64,000 nucleotides of DNA from positions 358,866 to 422,865 of the forward strand of contig JAXCHI010000002.1 in NCBI GenBank assembly GCA_033977065.1, in the 5' to 3' direction. Below the pieces are notes generated by a model. It made no database searches. It had not been told where the DNA came from and worked only from the letters and a program-made list of their open reading frames with translations. Shown in pieces: positions 8,916-19,088 of the stretch (the stretch's first letter is position 1; each line of letters opens with the position of its first letter). The position numbers and the translations under genes are program-made. Source of the DNA: Candidatus Algichlamydia australiensis (GTDB lineage Bacteria; Chlamydiota; Chlamydiia; Chlamydiales; JAJFMI01).

Positions 8916-9477
8916 CATGTCCACAATTAGGAACTAATTGAGACTCTATTCCCATTCGCAAAAGCCTTTCATGAATGGGCAAATATTTTTCATCTAACTC
9001 CCCAAAAACAAACCTTACGGGCATCTCGGGAAGTTTTTCCCAGAGGTTTGGTTGTTTGGAGAGGCGGTAGTGAGCAAAGAGTTTGTGCGCCTCTTCTAAA
9101 TTTACCTGTTTGCGTCTCTGTAACATTTCAGGGAAATTTTTTGAATTGCGCAAAGAAGCGAAGAGAGGCTGCGCGTACCACTTTTCGATAAAGTCGGATT
9201 GCTTCATGACAGCAAGCCATTTTTTTTCCCAGAGAATGCGCTTGGGAATTTCTGAAGGATCAATTCCAGGATTTGCTGAGATGGCAATGACTTCCTTGAC
9301 TGCTTCAGGATATTGGTGGGTAAACATGAGCGCAATTCGTCCGCCCATAGAATAACCAATCAGAGTAAGATTTTTTCCATAGGAAAGAAGATCTGAAAGT
9401 TTTTCAGGAAGAGGAATGGCGTTGCAATTCGGAAAATCTTCCGGAGCACCGAGAAAACCAGGAAGAAATATTTTCAT
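8872..9477 (-). CDS. menH: Alpha/beta hydrolase, MenH (SHCHC synthase)-like
   Basis: LPGFLG, GYSMGGRIA nucleophile elbow, WYAQPLF, GELDEKY, GH. Confidence 0.65.
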   Translation of the reverse strand: MKIFLPGFLGAPEDFPNCNAIPLPEKLSDLLSYGKNLTLIGYSMGGRIALMFTHQYPEAVKEVIAISANPGIDPSEIPKRILWEKKWLAVMKQSDFIEKWYAQPLFASLRNSKNFPEMLQRRKQVNLEEAHKLFAHYRLSKQPNLWEKLPEMPVRFVFGELDEKYLPIHERLLRMGIESQLVPNCGHAIPVEVPHRVFSMK

Positions 9478-10157
9478 TTATATTTGTATTGTGAGAGGTA
9501 TTTTTTAAAGAGGTCGGGGTGGTTTTCTTGCACGGCAAGTTCGATTTTTTCAATTTGTTCTATCGTCATTTTTTTGGTATGAAATTGAAGGTCTTCTCCT
9601 TTTGACTGCGCGCCGCCCATCCGGCGGTAGTAGCGTATCAGGCGGTCGCGGTGGTAATTAAAATCTTCCATGTAACGGGTGAGATATTTGGGATCAGCTT
9701 CAAGAAAATGAAGAACTTTTTTCAGTTCAAGTTCAGGGTCACGCATAAGGTCTTCATAGTAGATTAGCAGACGATCTTTTTCTGGCCATTTTTCGTAAGT
9801 GTAGAGATTGGCAAAGTAGTCGTAGCTTCCTTCAATCGCTTTCAAAGTCTTTTCAAAGTTTTGAAAGTGGCGCGTAATCGCCTCGCGATAGTTGCGCACA
9901 ATCAATAGCATCCGATCGCCCTCTTCTCGAACTGCGGGCCCTCGCTGAAAGTTATGCGTGTGGATTAACGGCTCGTTTGCAGGATTTGCTCCAAGATCAA
10001 ACCACTTCCAATTCGTTTTTTGGCCGCCCACGTACCAATTGCGCTTTGTAAGATATTCTAGGCTGTAGAGCATAAAGTGTGTCCCAGAGCGTGGCGCTGT
10101 TACCAGGTAGTCTTTTGCGAAGAGGGTAAATGGTAAAAGAAAAAAAAGTACTTTCAT
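9474..10157 (-). CDS. Sulfotransferase-domain protein with signal-peptide-like N-terminus
   Basis: 5'-PSB-like APRSGTH, 3'-PB-like IVRNYREA, YEDL...L..VLHFL; hydrophobic N-terminus MKVLFFLLPFTLFA. Confidence 0.7.
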   Translation of the reverse strand: MKVLFFLLPFTLFAKDYLVTAPRSGTHFMLYSLEYLTKRNWYVGGQKTNWKWFDLGANPANEPLIHTHNFQRGPAVREEGDRMLLIVRNYREAITRHFQNFEKTLKAIEGSYDYFANLYTYEKWPEKDRLLIYYEDLMRDPELELKKVLHFLEADPKYLTRYMEDFNYHRDRLIRYYRRMGGAQSKGEDLQFHTKKMTIEQIEKIELAVQENHPDLFKKYLSQYKYK

Positions 10158-10172
10158 GTTTCTACTCTATTC

Positions 10173-12626
10173 TTATCCAATAATTTTTCTCCACAAAAGC
10201 GAGTAAAGTGGTTCATCTTTCAAAAATCTTATTTCTCGCATTAATTCGTTGTATCGCACTTCATCAATTGCTTTACCTTTCCAGATTGCTAGTTCTTTTT
10301 TTTGCTCTTCTGTGAATTTGCAATCAAGTGTTCCAATACGGTCCAATCTTGCTACATATATACCAACTTTTCCATAGTTAGCTTCTGCAAACGCTTTTGC
10401 AGCCAATCTGTGGATGATTTGAGCGGAAGCAGCTTTGTCTCCATTTTGCTCGTATATATTTGCTAACTTCCAAGCAAGTTTCGCGCTTAAAACGTAAGAG
10501 TACAATTTCTTAAGTGTCTCTTCTTCTTGTTCTGGTTGTTTTTTTATCAACCATTTTGCACATTCAACTGCAAGCTGTTCATATTGAATTTCCTTCACTT
10601 CACAAAGTAGGGTAAAAAGTCCTCTTTTTAGAAGAGTTGAATTTGGAAGATCTGCATAAGCATTCATATAAATTTCAATAGCCTTACGCGTTTGTGCTTC
10701 TTTCTGCTCCTCATTTTCATTTGCTTTTTTTAGACAATTTTCAGCCCATATTACATAGAGTTCTTGAAGCTTTTCTTGAGTTAGTATCCCTTTAAAAGTC
10801 TCGCACGAGGGGGTAATCAGTTGAATAAAGTACTCGTCATAATTGCTTTCTTGCACTTCCTTATAGAAATGAGTAACAAATTCATCGATAATCGGGGAGT
10901 GAGATGGTCCTTCTAATTCTATTCCAAATGCTTCAAATCCATGTTCTGGGTGAATCTCTGCGACCATTGATTCTATCTGATCGAGAAGAATCTCATTATA
11001 GTTAGAATTTTTACTATTTATGATTTTTTCTGCTAGAAGAACGCGTAAGGAGATGTTTGTGGGAAACGCCTTAACAGCGTTCATTAAAATAGTAATTTCC
11101 TTTTTAGGAGCACAGTTTCCTGTCCATACCAAGTAAAGCCTTATGAGTTTTTGATCATCCCAAACACGTTGAAAAAGTTGAATATTGTCGTTGATAACTT
11201 GAAAATAGTACTCATCGAAATTTTGTTCGTAGACATAGGTGTAAATTTCATTCATCATACGGTCGAGATAGAAAGAGTCTCTTTCATCTATTGAGTATTG
11301 ATGCTCGATCCATCTCACTTCTTGAAGAAGGCGATCTGTGCATTTTGGTTGTTTACATCTAAACAAAAAGAACAAGAACTTTAAGTGAAGGTAGGAATAC
11401 AAAGGCAGTACCTGTAAGCTTTTTTCGTAGATAGAAAGAGTGTTTTTGGTTCGAATTGAATGGTTAATAAGCTCAGCTTCCCAATCAAGAGGTTCAGCTA
11501 CAGAGGTAGATTGAGCACAAGATTTTGCACATGCATGATACTCTCGAGCGATTTCTACATCAGTGTAGGGTTTCCCCCGAGCTGCGATCATGCTGGAGAT
11601 CTTGTATAGATGGTCAGTGGGATTTTGGCTCAATTCAAAAGCTTTTTCGTTGTAAAAAACCGCATTTTGATATTGCTTTAGTTCAAAAAATCTGCGGGCG
11701 ATTTCTCTACATAAAATAAGTTCCTCTTTTTGTGCAAATGAGCTATTTTCCTCAAGTGTTTTGTAGCGAATGATATAGGGGAGAGGATTTTTCTCTGCTT
11801 TTTTGGTTGCTCTATTAAAATATTCAAGAGAAATTAATGGATTTTTTGGATCGTAGGTACGCAAAAATGCAAACAACAAGATAAGCATTTTTCCCTCATC
11901 CTTTGGAGCAATTTCCACAAGTTTTTCAAATGCAGCACTGGATTTGGGATCAATATTTAAAATTTTATAGCATATTTTGCGGCAGTAAGTTGCGTCAATG
12001 TCTTTCTTCAGTAAAGTTGTGTACCAGCTTAGTGCCTCTTTATTTTTATCAATAGATTGCAAGAAATCTGCTAATAGCTCTAAAGCTGAGATCGATTGGT
12101 CATTTGATAAGTAGGATTGGTAGAGAGCATTTTCTGTTTTTTGATCATTTTTACAAACAAAATGCAATATGGCCAGGTAAAGATGAGCGAGTTCTTTATC
12201 TTGTTGCAATCCTTTTGAATACTCTTTGTCTGTTGCAAGCTTAATCTGGTTTTCTAAACTTTTACAAAGGTTTTGATATACTTCTATCCAATCACTACTA
12301 TTATCTTTAAAGTTATCAGGAAGATTTGGGACTGTGCTGTTTTCCCTGCGTATCCAGTTGCTTATGCGTTTCATTGTTTCAGATACACGAGGAATAAACC
12401 GCTTTTCTAGCTCTTCTTGTGTTACCCAATCGGTGTCGTATTCTTTAAAAACAGGAAACTGTTTTGGATGTGCACCGATTTCTACGTCGAGCACGTTAAA
12501 CGTTCCCAATTCATGACCATAGACAAAAATGCGAAATGTATCTGGCTCCGGACCTAATTGGAATAGGCAAGCTCCTGAAGGATGGAAGAAGGCTTTTTTG
12601 TAGGGAAAAGCATTTGTGACAAGCAT
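10173..12626 (-). CDS. Large alpha-helical / TPR-like hypothetical protein
   Basis: 817-aa ORF with TPR-like helices (A..YY.KA..L.P pattern); no recognisable enzyme motif. Confidence 0.7.
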   Translation of the reverse strand: MLVTNAFPYKKAFFHPSGACLFQLGPEPDTFRIFVYGHELGTFNVLDVEIGAHPKQFPVFKEYDTDWVTQEELEKRFIPRVSETMKRISNWIRRENSTVPNLPDNFKDNSSDWIEVYQNLCKSLENQIKLATDKEYSKGLQQDKELAHLYLAILHFVCKNDQKTENALYQSYLSNDQSISALELLADFLQSIDKNKEALSWYTTLLKKDIDATYCRKICYKILNIDPKSSAAFEKLVEIAPKDEGKMLILLFAFLRTYDPKNPLISLEYFNRATKKAEKNPLPYIIRYKTLEENSSFAQKEELILCREIARRFFELKQYQNAVFYNEKAFELSQNPTDHLYKISSMIAARGKPYTDVEIAREYHACAKSCAQSTSVAEPLDWEAELINHSIRTKNTLSIYEKSLQVLPLYSYLHLKFLFFLFRCKQPKCTDRLLQEVRWIEHQYSIDERDSFYLDRMMNEIYTYVYEQNFDEYYFQVINDNIQLFQRVWDDQKLIRLYLVWTGNCAPKKEITILMNAVKAFPTNISLRVLLAEKIINSKNSNYNEILLDQIESMVAEIHPEHGFEAFGIELEGPSHSPIIDEFVTHFYKEVQESNYDEYFIQLITPSCETFKGILTQEKLQELYVIWAENCLKKANENEEQKEAQTRKAIEIYMNAYADLPNSTLLKRGLFTLLCEVKEIQYEQLAVECAKWLIKKQPEQEEETLKKLYSYVLSAKLAWKLANIYEQNGDKAASAQIIHRLAAKAFAEANYGKVGIYVARLDRIGTLDCKFTEEQKKELAIWKGKAIDEVRYNELMREIRFLKDEPLYSLLWRKIIG

Positions 12627-12682
12627 AAAAGACTCCTGAAAAATTTAAAGATTAGATTGGAATTTACTACTCTTTAAGAAAT

Positions 12683-15401
12683 CTATGCAAGATCTTTTTC
12701 AAATAAAAGGATTTTTTGTTCAGGATCAGCAAAGGTCGAGGTGAAGCCGCGCTTTTTGAGCATGGCAATTAGACCACTATTTTCATTGAGGACTTGCGCT
12801 TTGAGAACGTTTATTCCTTCGCGTTTTGCCATGTCGATTGTAAAGTCGAGAAGAAGGGTACCAAGGCCTTTTCCCTGGAAATCATCCGTGATGATGAGTT
12901 TGAAGAGAGCAGCGTCTGTGCCAGGCCAGCGGCTCAAGCGTGATACGGCTATGATGTTCTGATTATTCTCTGCAACAATTGCCATCTCTTGCTCGTAGTC
13001 AGCAGAGCAGATATGGATAAGGCGATTGTGTGCGGTGCGCTCTTCAAGCGAGATAAATTGGAAGTAGCGAGAGCGTACGGAGTCTTCGGAAAGTTTTCGA
13101 TGAAACTCGCTCATGGCAGGCTCATCTTCCGGACGAACGGGGCGAAGTATCAGGGGTGTTTTGTCTTTGAGAGTAGCCTCTTGAATGTATTCCACAGGGT
13201 AGGGACGGATGGCAAGGTTGGAGAGTTTTTTTGAACCGGGTGGGTGCAAAATGATGCGCGCATCTAAGGCAATAATTTCGTTTTCGTTTGCAAGAAGGGG
13301 ATTGATATCACACTCTTTAATATGGGGCTGCTCAGCTATCATGCGCGAGAAGCTCACGAGAAGCGTTTCCAGATCGTTCATATTAACGCTGCCGCGCCCA
13401 CGTACGCCTTGCAGTGCGGTATAAATTTTTGTCTCCTCCATCATACGGCGAGCGAGTGTAGCGTTGAGAGGAGGTAGAGCGAGTGTGGAGTCTTTAAAGA
13501 CTTCAACGAGCTGGCCACCAGAACCAAAAAGGAGCACGGGACCAAACTGTTCATCCATGGTGCTTCCTAAAATAATTTCATAGCCTTCCAGCTTTACCAT
13601 GCGCTGGATAGTGACTCCTTGAAAGTGCTCGGCACCTTTGAGTTTTGTAACGGAATTTTTGATCGAATTAAATCCGTCGATGACTTCTTGAGCATTTTTG
13701 AGATTGAGAAGTACGCCCCCAACATCTGTTTTGTGGGTAATCGTTTCAGAGTGGAGTTTGGCAACAACGGGGTAGGTAAGTTGTTCGGCTGCTTGTTTGG
13801 CTTCATCGGCAGTTTCGCAAATGATTGTTTCTACGACAGGAATGCCGTACGCTTTTAAGAGATCTTTTGACTCCATTTCGGTCAGAAGATCGCGGCCCTC
13901 TTTGAGCGCTTGTGAAATGATTTTTTCAGGTAGCTCAGGTTTTTCTGTAATATTGTCGCGAATTGGAGGGGTTTCGTAGAGCGCTTTGAGCTCAAAAGAG
14001 TGTTTCCACATTTTTGCAAATGTTTTAGCTGCCTCATCGGGATAGGGAAAGCAAGGGATTCCGCTCTCTTTTAGGATCTGCGCGCCTTTTTCTACGCTTT
14101 TTCCGCCCATCCAGCTGGCAAGCAGAGGCTTGCCAGGAATGTTCGCGTGAGGTTTAAGGAGTTCTGCTGTCTTCTCGGGCTCGGTCATATCTTGTGGTGA
14201 GAGCACGACGAGAAGGCCATCTGTATTGGGATCTTTTGCAACAATATTAACAGACTCGGTGTAGCGAGAAGCGTCAGCGTCGCCCAAAAGATCGACAGGG
14301 TTGCCGCGGCTCCAGGCTGCGGGCAGAAATTTATCTAGGCTGGCAAGTGTGTCTGGGTGGAGTTCGGTGAGTTCAGCACCGAACGTTGCAGCGCTATCAG
14401 TTGCGAGTACAGCGGGACCACCAGCATTTGTGAGAATGGTCAGATTGGGACTCTTCGGCTCTGGTTGTTTCGGCCAGCACGAGTGCCATATTGAAGAGCT
14501 CTTCAATTGTATCGACGCGCATTACGCCGGCTCTTTTGAAGGCAGCATCAAGCACATCATCGCTTCCTGCCATCGAGCCTGTGTGGGAAGCCGCGGCTTG
14601 TGCAGCTACTTCTGTTCGGCCTGATTTAATCACGACGATAGGCTTTGTAAGCGCAACGCGGCGCGCTGCTGCCAAAAAGGAGCGCGGATCACCGATCGAT
14701 TCCATGTAGATTAAAATACTTTTTGTGTGGTGATCATCTCCCAGGTAATTGATGAGGTCGCCCCACTGCACGTCTGCCATAGACCCGATCGAAACAAAGG
14801 AGCTAAAGCCAATTTTCTCCTTTAAGCTCCAATCTAAAACGGCTGTACACATGGCGCCAGACTGGCTGATGAAGGCGACATTACCGGGGTAGGCCATGTC
14901 AGCCGCAAAGGTGGCGTTGAGTCCCAAGATGGGATTCATGACGCCAAGGCAGTTGGGGCCGATAATGCGCATGCCAGCTCTTCTTGCAATGGTGAGAACT
15001 TCTTGCTCCAGTTTTTCCCCGGGAGGGCCGAGTTCTTTGAATCCCGCAGAGATAATGATGGCTGCCGGTATTTTTTTGTCAGCGCACTCTTGCATAAGAG
15101 CTGGCACGGTTTTGGCAGGGGTGATGATGACAACTAAATCAATCTCCCCGTCCACGTTGCCAACGTTTTTATAGCATTTTATGCCTAAAACCTCTTCGCG
15201 TTTAGGGTTAATAGGCAGGATCTCTCCACCGAAGTCGGTGGTTTTTAGATTTTGCATAAGTGTACGACCTACGCTTCCTTGCTTTTCGGTCGCTCCGATA
15301 ATGGCAACTCGTTTAGGGTGGAAAATTTTATCTAGGGGCTGAAGAGGCGCGCCAAGATAGTTTTGTGAAGGATCAGTATTTTTATCAATGGGGTCGTACA
15401 T
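12683..15401 (-). pseudogene. Bifunctional acetate-CoA-ligase-like / GNAT protein (Pat/YfiQ-type lysine acetyltransferase), split by one frameshift
   Basis: ORF 14397-15401 has the CoA-binding domain ([17 protein letters not shown]). ORF 12683-14506 continues with TNAGG, an ATP-grasp-like region (HKTDVGGV, DINPL) and GNAT (QGKGLG). Removing one base near 14471 joins them into about 905 aa. Confidence 0.85.
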
Positions 15402-15499
15402 ACTAATATTATTAGTATTTATTAATTAAAATATCAATTAGTTTTATCAAAAAAAATAATTACTAACCAAAATTTAAAACTTAAGTTTTAAAGTATTAG

Positions 15500-15596
15500 T
15501 TTCTTCCTCATCCATATTACTATGGGCTATGGACTCGTTGCTCGAAACACTGCTGCTTTGACTTTGGCTCGCTTTGTCCCCCTTAGCAAAATTTTC
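15500..15596 (-). repeat. Partial, degenerate copy of the palindromic element at 54311-54485
   Basis: Reverse complement AAAATTTTGCTAAGGGGGACAAAGCGAGCCAAAG...TCGAGCAACGAGTCCATAGCCCATAGTAATATGGATGAGG aligns with about 54327-54424. Confidence 0.75.
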
Positions 15597-15749
15597 TATT
15601 GCAAAACACTTGCTATATTCGATTGTAAATAGTTGGTCGATAGATGGTTGAAGTAAGAGGGTATCTACAAATGAACTTTCGTCGAATTTTTGGATTATTT
15701 TGGCCGATTTTTCGGTTGAAATGAACCAAAAAATCGGCTGAATTTTAAT

Positions 15750-16382
15750 TCAAAGACACTCTCTAAGCGAGAGAAGCTTCTCTAAAGGTTTTTCAGGAAT
15801 AATATGACCTCCGTCATATTCTACCAAGGTTATATTAGACGAAGGATTCTCTTGCATCTTTTTGTAGTAGTTTTTGGCTAGGTTATAGTGAGCTTTATCT
15901 TGTTTTCCGATTAAGAGAAAAATTGTATTTTTCTGATTGGTCTTTTCTGGATAAATACCAGCTCCGATAACGATTAAGGGTACTTCTACTGATTTGATTT
16001 CAGCTAGCTTCAGAAGAAAAAAGCCTCCGTTTGAAAATCCGATATAACCAGAGACATTTACACCCGGAATCTGCTGCCTAATATTGGTATACGTTTCTAG
16101 TACTTCTTCCTTGGTATGATGAGGCCAACAAAGTTTGTTTTGGTACTCTGAACACCTTTTTTGAGGAGGAATAGCAATGATTCCAATGCCGAGATTTTTG
16201 CCAATTTCGTCCAAAATTTTTCGGTTACTTATTTCTGGAATTGAATTGAAACAGTCTGTTAGTCCACACAGATAAATCCAGTATTTTTTTGCATTTGGGC
16301 TCCCAAGTATAATTTCTTTATCACGTTTTTGACAGGAACAAAAACTACCGAATACAACTAAAATAATAAAAAAATGCCTCAT
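15750..16382 (-). CDS. Alpha/beta-hydrolase (esterase-like) lipoprotein
   Basis: Signal peptide with Cys; GFSNGG elbow, IGKQD, DGGH. Confidence 0.7.
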   Translation of the reverse strand: MRHFFIILVVFGSFCSCQKRDKEIILGSPNAKKYWIYLCGLTDCFNSIPEISNRKILDEIGKNLGIGIIAIPPQKRCSEYQNKLCWPHHTKEEVLETYTNIRQQIPGVNVSGYIGFSNGGFFLLKLAEIKSVEVPLIVIGAGIYPEKTNQKNTIFLLIGKQDKAHYNLAKNYYKKMQENPSSNITLVEYDGGHIIPEKPLEKLLSLRECL

Positions 16383-16468
16383 AGATATTCTTTAGGAAAC
16401 GCTAGACAACTCCACCATACTCCAAACTCGTTAAGAATTCCAAAAATAGTACAACATAACGGAAATAA

Positions 16469-17605
16469 TTAAATATTAATTTTTCTGTTGCAGAGTACAA
16501 GTGTTTCGACATGAGACGTTTGAGGGAAGAGGTCGAAGGGTTGGACGGTGTTAACTGTAAAGATTTTGTTAAGTTGAGAGAGGTCCCGGGAGAGGGTAGC
16601 GGGATCACAGGAAATATAGAGAAGTTTTTTTGGCGGGTGAGTGAGGATCGTTTCAAGGACTTGTGGATGAAGACCTCCGCGTGGGGGATTAAGAAAAATT
16701 GTGTCAAAGGTTCCAAGTGTGGGAATTTTCTGTTCGAGAAGGTCACAGTGAAAGGTGACGTTTTTCATGTTATTGAGTTGAGCGTTTACGCGGGCATTTT
16801 GAATGGCTGTGCGGCCCGATTCTACGCCGATTACTTCCTGAGCGTGCTTAGCAGCAAGAAGAGTAAGGGTGCCGACACCGCAGTAGGCGTCAAGAACGCG
16901 AGAGGTAGGCGTCAAGGAAGCAAGTTTAAGAGTATGGTTATAGAGTTGTAAGGCCTGTTTGGGATTGATTTGGAAAAAGTCTTTTGGACCGATGCGAAAG
17001 GTTAAATTATTGAGGGTTTCAGTGAGGAAAGGACGATCGGGTTTGCCATTGCAGATGAGCATGGTTTCATCTGTTGTATGCGAGGTCCGGATGATGGCTT
17101 CACGGCAATTTTTGACTTGTGGAAGTTTTGCATCACCGGTGGGATTGTGGATGTAGCATTTTGTAATGGGGACAGTTGTGTGAGAATGTTTTTTATGAAA
17201 ACCACCCTTGTGCAGATGGATCTTATGACGGTAGTAGAGGGGATCGGGAGAAGCGATACAAGGTTCGACGGGATAGTTGATTTTTCCGATACGCGTAAGA
17301 GTCTCTTGAACGCGTTTGCTCTTCCATTTGAGTTGTTCGGGGTAAGTTAGATGCATGAGCTGGCAGCCTCCGCAGGTGCCAAATAGCGGACAGATAGGTT
17401 CTGTTCGGTGAGGAGAGGGGGTGAGAACTTTTTGAAGTTTTGCGCGAGCGAATTTTTTTTTGGATTGGATGATGGTGACTTCAACTGTTTCATCAGGAAG
17501 TGCACCATCAACAAAGACTGCTTTGCCATCAAGAAATCCAACCCCCTCTCCTGATGAGGAGAGATCTTCTATTTTAAGAGGCGATTTCGACAAGTTTAAT
17601 TTCAA
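16469..17605 (-). CDS. rlmD: 23S rRNA (uracil-C5)-methyltransferase RlmD/RumA
   Basis: TRAM domain, [11 protein letters not shown]e-S motif, [34 protein letters not shown]. Confidence 0.9.
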   Translation of the reverse strand: MKLNLSKSPLKIEDLSSSGEGVGFLDGKAVFVDGALPDETVEVTIIQSKKKFARAKLQKVLTPSPHRTEPICPLFGTCGGCQLMHLTYPEQLKWKSKRVQETLTRIGKINYPVEPCIASPDPLYYRHKIHLHKGGFHKKHSHTTVPITKCYIHNPTGDAKLPQVKNCREAIIRTSHTTDETMLICNGKPDRPFLTETLNNLTFRIGPKDFFQINPKQALQLYNHTLKLASLTPTSRVLDAYCGVGTLTLLAAKHAQEVIGVESGRTAIQNARVNAQLNNMKNVTFHCDLLEQKIPTLGTFDTIFLNPPRGGLHPQVLETILTHPPKKLLYISCDPATLSRDLSQLNKIFTVNTVQPFDLFPQTSHVETLVLCNRKINI

Positions 17606-18005
17606 AAGTCAGGTCACGTCCAGCTAAAGGATGGTTGGCATCAAGTGTCACTTTATCATCACCAACTTTCGTTACTGTTACAAGCGCTTGAAAACCTTCG
17701 TCTGATTTTACTTCAAGCTGCTGGCCAACTTCAGGCGCAATATGAGGAGGAAACTGGGAGCGCTCTACCTCAGTTACGAGCTCATCTTGACGCGGCCCGT
17801 ACGCCTCTTTTGACTCAATTGTTACTTTTTTACTGTCGCCAACACTCATGCCCGTTACAGCGGTTTCAAAGCCTGGAATGACATCGCCACTGCCGAGAGT
17901 AAATTCTAGAGGATCGCGATCAGCTGAACTATCAAAAACCATCCCATCAGGAAGTGTGCCTGTGTAATGAACTTTTACTTTATCACCTTGTTTTGCTTCT
18001 GCCAT
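17574..18005 (-). CDS. FKBP-type peptidyl-prolyl isomerase (SlyD/SlpA-like, no His-rich tail)
   Basis: [10 protein letters not shown]...FDSS...VIPGFE...LDANHPLAG; probable ATG at 18005. Confidence 0.9.
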   Translation of the reverse strand: MAEAKQGDKVKVHYTGTLPDGMVFDSSADRDPLEFTLGSGDVIPGFETAVTGMSVGDSKKVTIESKEAYGPRQDELVTEVERSQFPPHIAPEVGQQLEVKSDEGFQALVTVTKVGDDKVTLDANHPLAGRDLTFEIKLVEIAS

Positions 18006-18081
18006 TTCATTCTCCGGGTAAAGGATCATTCTGCCTGGGTAACAGTTGTAAAGCAAGAGAAAAGGAGATATTCTACAAGGA

Positions 18082-19029
18082 ATGGAAAAACTACGTGTAG
18101 CTATTCTCTACGGCGGAAAATCTGCTGAGCACGATGTCTCAATTCTATCTGCCATGCAAATATTTGAGGCGATTGATCGGGAAAAATTTGATCCTATCCC
18201 CATTTTAATTGGAAGGGATGGAAAATTTGCTATTGAAAAGTTGCTTTCTGGGATCGATGTAGTCTTTCCCGTTTTGCATGGACCATTTGGAGAAGATGGG
18301 AGTATGCAGGGATTTTTAGAGATTTTGGGGTTGCCCTATGTTGGTTGTGGCGTAGCAAGTAGTGCGATTGCTATGGATAAGGAGCTAACAAAAAAAATAC
18401 TATGTAGTGAAGATTTACCTACCGCGCGCTATCTTGCTGCTAAAAGTGCAAGTTGTTTTTCATTTGACCAGGTGAAAAGAGAGTTGGGGCTCCCTTTTTT
18501 TCTTAAACCTGTTCATTTAGGCTCCTCTGTTGGAATAGAAAAAATAGAAGAGGAGGCGCAATTTTTGCCAGCATTGCAGGCTGCGCTTGCACATGATTGC
18601 CGTGTGATTTTTGAAGAGTTTATTGAGGGAAGAGAGGTTGAGTGCGCTATTTTAGGAAATAAGAGTCCTCGCGCTTCTTTGCCAGGTGAAATTGTGCTTC
18701 CTCAAGGTGCCTACTATGATTTTTCGTTAAAGACTTCACGATCAGGTGATGTCGGCTACTCTGTTCCCGCAGATTTACAAGCGTCGATCCAAGAAGAGGT
18801 TAAGAGCATGGCAATCCGCGCTTTTCAAGCAATTGGAGGAAGGGGAATGGCGCGGGTAGATTTCTTTTTACTCCCCGACGGAAGGCTCTATGTTAATGAG
18901 ATCAACCCCATCCCCGGCTTTACCAAGACCAGCCTCTACCCCCAAATGTGGGAGGCAAGCGGTTATGAATTCAAAAAAATTATTTCTGAATTAATTTATC
19001 TTGCTAATAGTCAATTAGTTAAAAATTAA
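18082..19029 (+). CDS. ddl: D-alanine--D-alanine ligase
   Basis: [43 protein letters not shown]. Confidence 0.93.
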   Translation: MEKLRVAILYGGKSAEHDVSILSAMQIFEAIDREKFDPIPILIGRDGKFAIEKLLSGIDVVFPVLHGPFGEDGSMQGFLEILGLPYVGCGVASSAIAMDKELTKKILCSEDLPTARYLAAKSASCFSFDQVKRELGLPFFLKPVHLGSSVGIEKIEEEAQFLPALQAALAHDCRVIFEEFIEGREVECAILGNKSPRASLPGEIVLPQGAYYDFSLKTSRSGDVGYSVPADLQASIQEEVKSMAIRAFQAIGGRGMARVDFFLLPDGRLYVNEINPIPGFTKTSLYPQMWEASGYEFKKIISELIYLANSQLVKN

Positions 19030-19088
19030 TAAGATTTTCACATTTTATTTATAAAATGCTATAATTATTTATATAATAACGGCATATT

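Noticed and set aside
15400..15492. AT-rich palindromes upstream of the Pat-like gene (ATACTAATA-T-TATTAGTAT; TTTAAAACTTAAGTTTTAAA)
   Set aside because: The region is extremely AT-rich, so such palindromes may arise by chance; no second occurrence supports an operator.
15703..15738. Hairpin GCCGATTTTT...AAAAATCGGC as the terminator of the esterase gene
   Set aside because: No U-tract on the coding (minus) strand; it may be another repeat fragment and cannot be called.
16402..17881. Antisense and alternate-frame ORFs over rlmD and FKBP, and similar ones throughout the window
   Set aside because: They are almost entirely nested in well-supported genes and carry no motifs.
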